A DNA stretch of 64,000 nt from Escherichia coli. GTDB taxonomy: Bacteria; Pseudomonadota; Gammaproteobacteria; Enterobacterales; Enterobacteriaceae. Under the pieces are notes generated by a model. The model saw nothing but the letters and a program-made list of their open reading frames with translations. It searched no databases and was not told the origin of the DNA. A program made the position numbers and the translations under genes. The stretch lies in NCBI RefSeq assembly GCF_048403405.1, contig NZ_CP183129.1, one strand, 5' to 3'. Each line of letters opens with the position of its first letter. Within the stretch, counting starts at the first letter, position 1. Shown here one piece after another: positions 60,111-64,000 of this stretch.

Positions 60111-61289
60111 TTAAGCTTGTACTTTTATCTGTGCTGCGGCGTGCTTTGCGCGATCAATCGCTTCATCAACACTCTCTGCAGTAGCCAGTGCCACCCCCAG
60201 ACGACGGCTGCCATCAATTTCCGGCTTACCAAATAAACGAATCTGCAAACCTGCGCCTACGGCATTCTGCACATTATCAAACGTGACATTCTCACTGGTC
60301 AGTTGTGGCAGGATAACGGCAGAAGCTGCAGGACCATACTGACGGATCCCGCCAACCGGAAGTCCGAGAAAGGCTCGCACATGCAGGGCAAACTCCGAGA
60401 GATCCTGAGAAATTAACGTCACCATCCCGGTATCATGTGGGCGAGGGGAGACCTCACTGAAAATCACCTCATCACCACAGACAAACAGCTCGACACCAAA
60501 CAGACCATAACCGCCCAGTGCCAGCACCACTTTACGGGCAATCTCCTGCGCACGTTCAAGGGCAAGCGGGCTCATTTGTTGTGGTTGCCAGGATTCACGA
60601 TAGTCGCCATTTTCCTGGCGATGACCTACCGGTGCACAGAAATGGACTCCATCCACCGCGCTGACGGTTAGCAGGGTAATTTCGAAGTCAAACTTAACGA
60701 CGCCTTCAACAATTACGCGGCCCGCTCCGGCGCGACCGCCTTGCTGAGCGTACTCCCATGCTTGAGCAAGTTGCTCTGCAGAACGAATAAACGTCTGCCC
60801 TTTACCGGAAGAGCTCATCACCGGTTTAACAATGCAGGGATAGCCGATGTCAGCAACCGCCTCGCGGAAAAGGCTTTCGCTATCGGCAAAACGATAAGTG
60901 GAAGTGGGCAGCTGCAGCTCTTCTGCCGCCAGGCGACGGATACCCTCGCGATTCATCGTTAATTTCGTTGCGCGAGCGCAGGGGACAACATTCAGCCCTT
61001 CCTCTTCAAGTTGGATCAGCATATCGGTGGCAATAGCTTCGATCTCCGGCACGATATAATGTGGTTTTTCCAGTTCAACCACACGGCGTAATGCATCACC
61101 ATCAAGCATATTAATGACATGGGAGCGATGCGCGACATGCATGGCTGGCGCGTCGGCATAGCGATCGACGGCAATCACCTCTACGCCGAGACGCTGACAC
61201 TCGATTGCCACTTCTTTACCCAGTTCACCGGAGCCTAATAACATCACGCGAGTTGCTGCCGGACGCAGCGCAGTGCCTAATAACGTCAT
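60111..61289 (-). CDS. purT: Formate-dependent phosphoribosylglycinamide formyltransferase
   Basis: 392 aa. Confidence 0.97.
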   Translation of the reverse strand: MTLLGTALRPAATRVMLLGSGELGKEVAIECQRLGVEVIAVDRYADAPAMHVAHRSHVINMLDGDALRRVVELEKPHYIVPEIEAIATDMLIQLEEEGLNVVPCARATKLTMNREGIRRLAAEELQLPTSTYRFADSESLFREAVADIGYPCIVKPVMSSSGKGQTFIRSAEQLAQAWEYAQQGGRAGAGRVIVEGVVKFDFEITLLTVSAVDGVHFCAPVGHRQENGDYRESWQPQQMSPLALERAQEIARKVVLALGGYGLFGVELFVCGDEVIFSEVSPRPHDTGMVTLISQDLSEFALHVRAFLGLPVGGIRQYGPAASAVILPQLTSENVTFDNVQNAVGAGLQIRLFGKPEIDGSRRLGVALATAESVDEAIDRAKHAAAQIKVQA

Positions 61290-61385
61290 AACGAATATCC
61301 CCTGATTAATTCCGCGCGCAGTATAAACGAAAACGTTTGCGTGTGTCTTTATTGTTGATGTTGATTTCCCAACCGAGAAGAAATA

Positions 61386-61405
61386 TACTGTATAAAATCA
61401 CAGTT
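61386..61405 (+). promoter_or_regulatory. LexA box of yebG
   Basis: TACTGTATAAAATCACAGTT, 18 bp upstream of the yebG start. Confidence 0.8.
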
Positions 61406-61422
61406 ATTATGAGAGGCTGCAA

Positions 61423-61713
61423 ATGGCGGTTGAAGTTAAATACGTAGTCATTCGTGAGGGCGAAGAGAAAATGTCGTTTACCAGCAAAAAGGAAGCCGAT
61501 GCTTATGACAAAATGCTTGATACGGCGGATCTGCTTGACACCTGGCTGACAAATTCTCCAGTGCAAATGGAAGACGAGCAACGTGAAGCCCTTTCGCTAT
61601 GGCTGGCAGAACAAAAAGATGTGCTGAGCACCATTCTGAAAACCGGCAAATTACCGTCCCCACAGGTCGTCGGTGCTGAATCCGAAGAGGAAGATGCCTC
61701 ACACGCGGCCTGA
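61423..61713 (+). CDS. yebG: SOS-inducible protein YebG
   Basis: 96 aa. Confidence 0.9.
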   Translation: MAVEVKYVVIREGEEKMSFTSKKEADAYDKMLDTADLLDTWLTNSPVQMEDEQREALSLWLAEQKDVLSTILKTGKLPSPQVVGAESEEEDASHAA

Positions 61714-61731
61714 AGCAACTTGCGCTCCTGA

Positions 61732-62136
<405 letters not shown>

Positions 62137-62164
62137 TGGCCTCTGATAATTCGATTGACCGTCG

Positions 62165-62250
62165 GCGGATGCGGCGCGAATGCCTTGTCCGCCCCACAAC
62201 GCACCACAATCGTAGGCCTGAGAAGACGCAACAGCGTCGCATCGGGCAAT
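62165..62250. repeat. REP-like elements between yebF and yebE
   Basis: gtaggcctgagaagacgc...gcgtcgcatcgggc. Confidence 0.5.
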
Positions 62251-62462
62251 CAGCGTCAAACAGTGCCACTCAAAACGTCAAACTACTTTCACCTAAAATA
62301 CCCTTATCACCTGATATACAGTAAACACCTTACCTGGCGCGAATTTCTTTGAATAACGGTCTACCGCCCCGCTTATTTTCGCATCTTTTGTCTCGATATA
62401 CATTTTCTGACATCCTCATCCGCTATGCTACAGGCACTAAAAATGGTTATTGAGGAGCAAAT

Positions 62463-63122
62463 ATGGCTAACTGGTTAAATCAACTGCAATCCCTGCTTGG
62501 GCAAAGCAGTTCTTCTGCCTCCTCGTCTGCGGATCAGGGATTGGGCAAACTTTTAGTGCCAGGCGCATTAGGCGGACTGGCTGGGCTGCTGGTCGCAAAT
62601 AAATCAGCACGTAAACTTCTTACGAAATATGGCACCAACGCGTTACTGGTTGGCGGCGGAGCGGTAGCGGGTACGGTGCTGTGGAATAAATACAAAGATA
62701 AAATTCGCGCGGCGCATCAGGACGAACCGCAGTTTGGCGCGCAAAGTACGCCGCTGGATGAGCGTACGGAACGTTTGATCCTTGCGCTGGTCTTTGCCGC
62801 TAAAAGTGATGGTCATATTGATGCCAAAGAACGTGCGGCAATCGATCAGCAATTGCGTGAAGCCGGTGTGGAAGAACAGGGGCGTGTACTCATTGAGCAG
62901 GCAATCGAACAACCGCTGGATCCACAACGCCTGGCTACCGGGATCCGCAATGAAGAAGAGGCGCTGGAAATCTATTTCCTGAGCTGCGCGGCTATTGATA
63001 TTGACCATTTTATGGAACGCAGTTACCTGAATGCACTGGGTGACGCGCTGAAAATCCCCCAGGATGTTCGTGACGGCATTGAACGCGATCTCGAACAGCA
63101 AAAACGTACTTTGGCGGAATAA
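62463..63122 (+). CDS. yebE: YebE (DUF533, TerB-like inner membrane protein)
   Basis: 219 aa. Confidence 0.9.
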   Translation: MANWLNQLQSLLGQSSSSASSSADQGLGKLLVPGALGGLAGLLVANKSARKLLTKYGTNALLVGGGAVAGTVLWNKYKDKIRAAHQDEPQFGAQSTPLDERTERLILALVFAAKSDGHIDAKERAAIDQQLREAGVEEQGRVLIEQAIEQPLDPQRLATGIRNEEEALEIYFLSCAAIDIDHFMERSYLNALGDALKIPQDVRDGIERDLEQQKRTLAE

Positions 63123-63285
63123 TTCCGCTCTCAGGATAGCCTGAAGTTGACTATTTCGGGCTATCCAGAACCGCACAGCCATTTGAACAGGCTGATTTTC
63201 TCTGTCTGCATAACATTCGATATCCGCGCCATTACCTGTCATCATGTGACTGCTCCCCGCCCTGTCGGGCGAGGCTTCCCACTTC

Positions 63286-64000
63286 TTAAGCCGCAACCGT
63301 CTGTGTGACGGATTTACGCTGGCCTCCATGGGCAGAAACGACGAGTCCCGCCGCTTGTAATTCCAGTATGCCCTTGCGTTTGATGTTGAGCGCCGCGTTG
63401 ATATCGCGGTCATGTTCAACTCCACACTCTGGACACTGCCAGATGCGCTTATGTAATGGCATCTCCGACATTTTGTGACCGCAGCAGTGGCAGGTCTTCG
63501 AACTGGCGAACCATTGATCCAGTTTCACCAGATGCACACCTTTCTCTGTTGCTTTGTATTCCAGTTTTGTGATGAATCCAGACCATCCAGCATCGCCTAT
63601 CGCACGAGCCAGATGGTGATTTTTCATCATATTTGCCGTTTTCAATGTCTCGACAATTACCGCTTGGTTTTCGTCAACAATTGCGCGAGATAACTTGTGC
63701 TGGAAATCGGCACGGGCACTGGCTACCCGTTCGTGAACGGCTGCAAGTTGTATTCTGGCTTTGCGCCTGTTTGCGCTCCCTTTTTTCTTACGGGACAGTG
63801 CTTTCTGCTTCCGGCGCAGGTTGCGACTTGCATTGATTAGGTGGCGGGGACTGGCAATTTTATTGCCGTCCGATTTGATGACAAAATGCGCCAGCCCCAT
63901 ATCCAGCCCTGTCACATTTGATATCAGTGCGGGCTTTGCCGGCGCTTCCATCCCGTCGTCACAGAGTAACGACGCGTAGTATTTCCCGGTTGCGCTGCGG
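63286..64000 (-). CDS. tnpB: IS605-family TnpB (RNA-guided nuclease), C-terminal part; gene continues beyond window end
   Basis: Zn-finger CHCCGH...CPECG and RuvC-III motif; frame stays open upstream of the track M at 63951. Confidence 0.8.
   Translation of the reverse strand, partial: RSATGKYYASLLCDDGMEAPAKPALISNVTGLDMGLAHFVIKSDGNKIASPRHLINASRNLRRKQKALSRKKKGSANRRKARIQLAAVHERVASARADFQHKLSRAIVDENQAVIVETLKTANMMKNHHLARAIGDAGWSGFITKLEYKATEKGVHLVKLDQWFASSKTCHCCGHKMSEMPLHKRIWQCPECGVEHDRDINAALNIKRKGILELQAAGLVVSAHGGQRKSVTQTVAA

Noticed and set aside
62643-63425. 260-aa minus-strand ORF
   Set aside because: Antisense to yebE and overlaps the tnpB 3' end; composition not protein-like

Overview
This window is Escherichia coli chromosome, inverted relative to the K-12 map. 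Positions 1 to about 39966 are the integrase-distal ~40 kb of a lambdoid prophage; its left (int) end lies beyond the window start and its right junction interrupts yecE after codon 32. Gene order is early-left operon (minus strand), immunity region (cI, cro), replication module with iterons inside an O-like gene, Dam-like methylase, RusA, KilA-N, NinG-like, 82-type Q, a tR'-like terminator, a truncated methylase remnant, three tRNAs, lysis cassette, HNH plus terminase, HK97-like head genes, lambda-like tail genes G/GT through J, lom, side tail fibre and assembly gene, then morons (SAM methyltransferase, DinI-like) before the junction. Core genes follow: yecD, aspS, nudB, yebC, ruvC, yebB, ruvAB, znuBC/znuA, mepM, lpxM, an IS200 copy, pykA, hexR, zwf, edd, eda, purT, yebG, yebF, yebE and a partial IS605-family tnpB. 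The most unusual signal is a compact rightward operon at the rex/sieB-equivalent position (4314-5156): a 164-aa two-TM protein flanked by three paralogous micro-ORFs encoding proline-rich peptides sharing an H-[VI]-P-x-[KR]-x-[KR]-P-P core, ended by a strong intrinsic terminator. I propose it as a candidate undescribed exclusion/defence or translation-linked module; this is inference. All calls rest on reading the sequence and recalled family knowledge; no database search was run.
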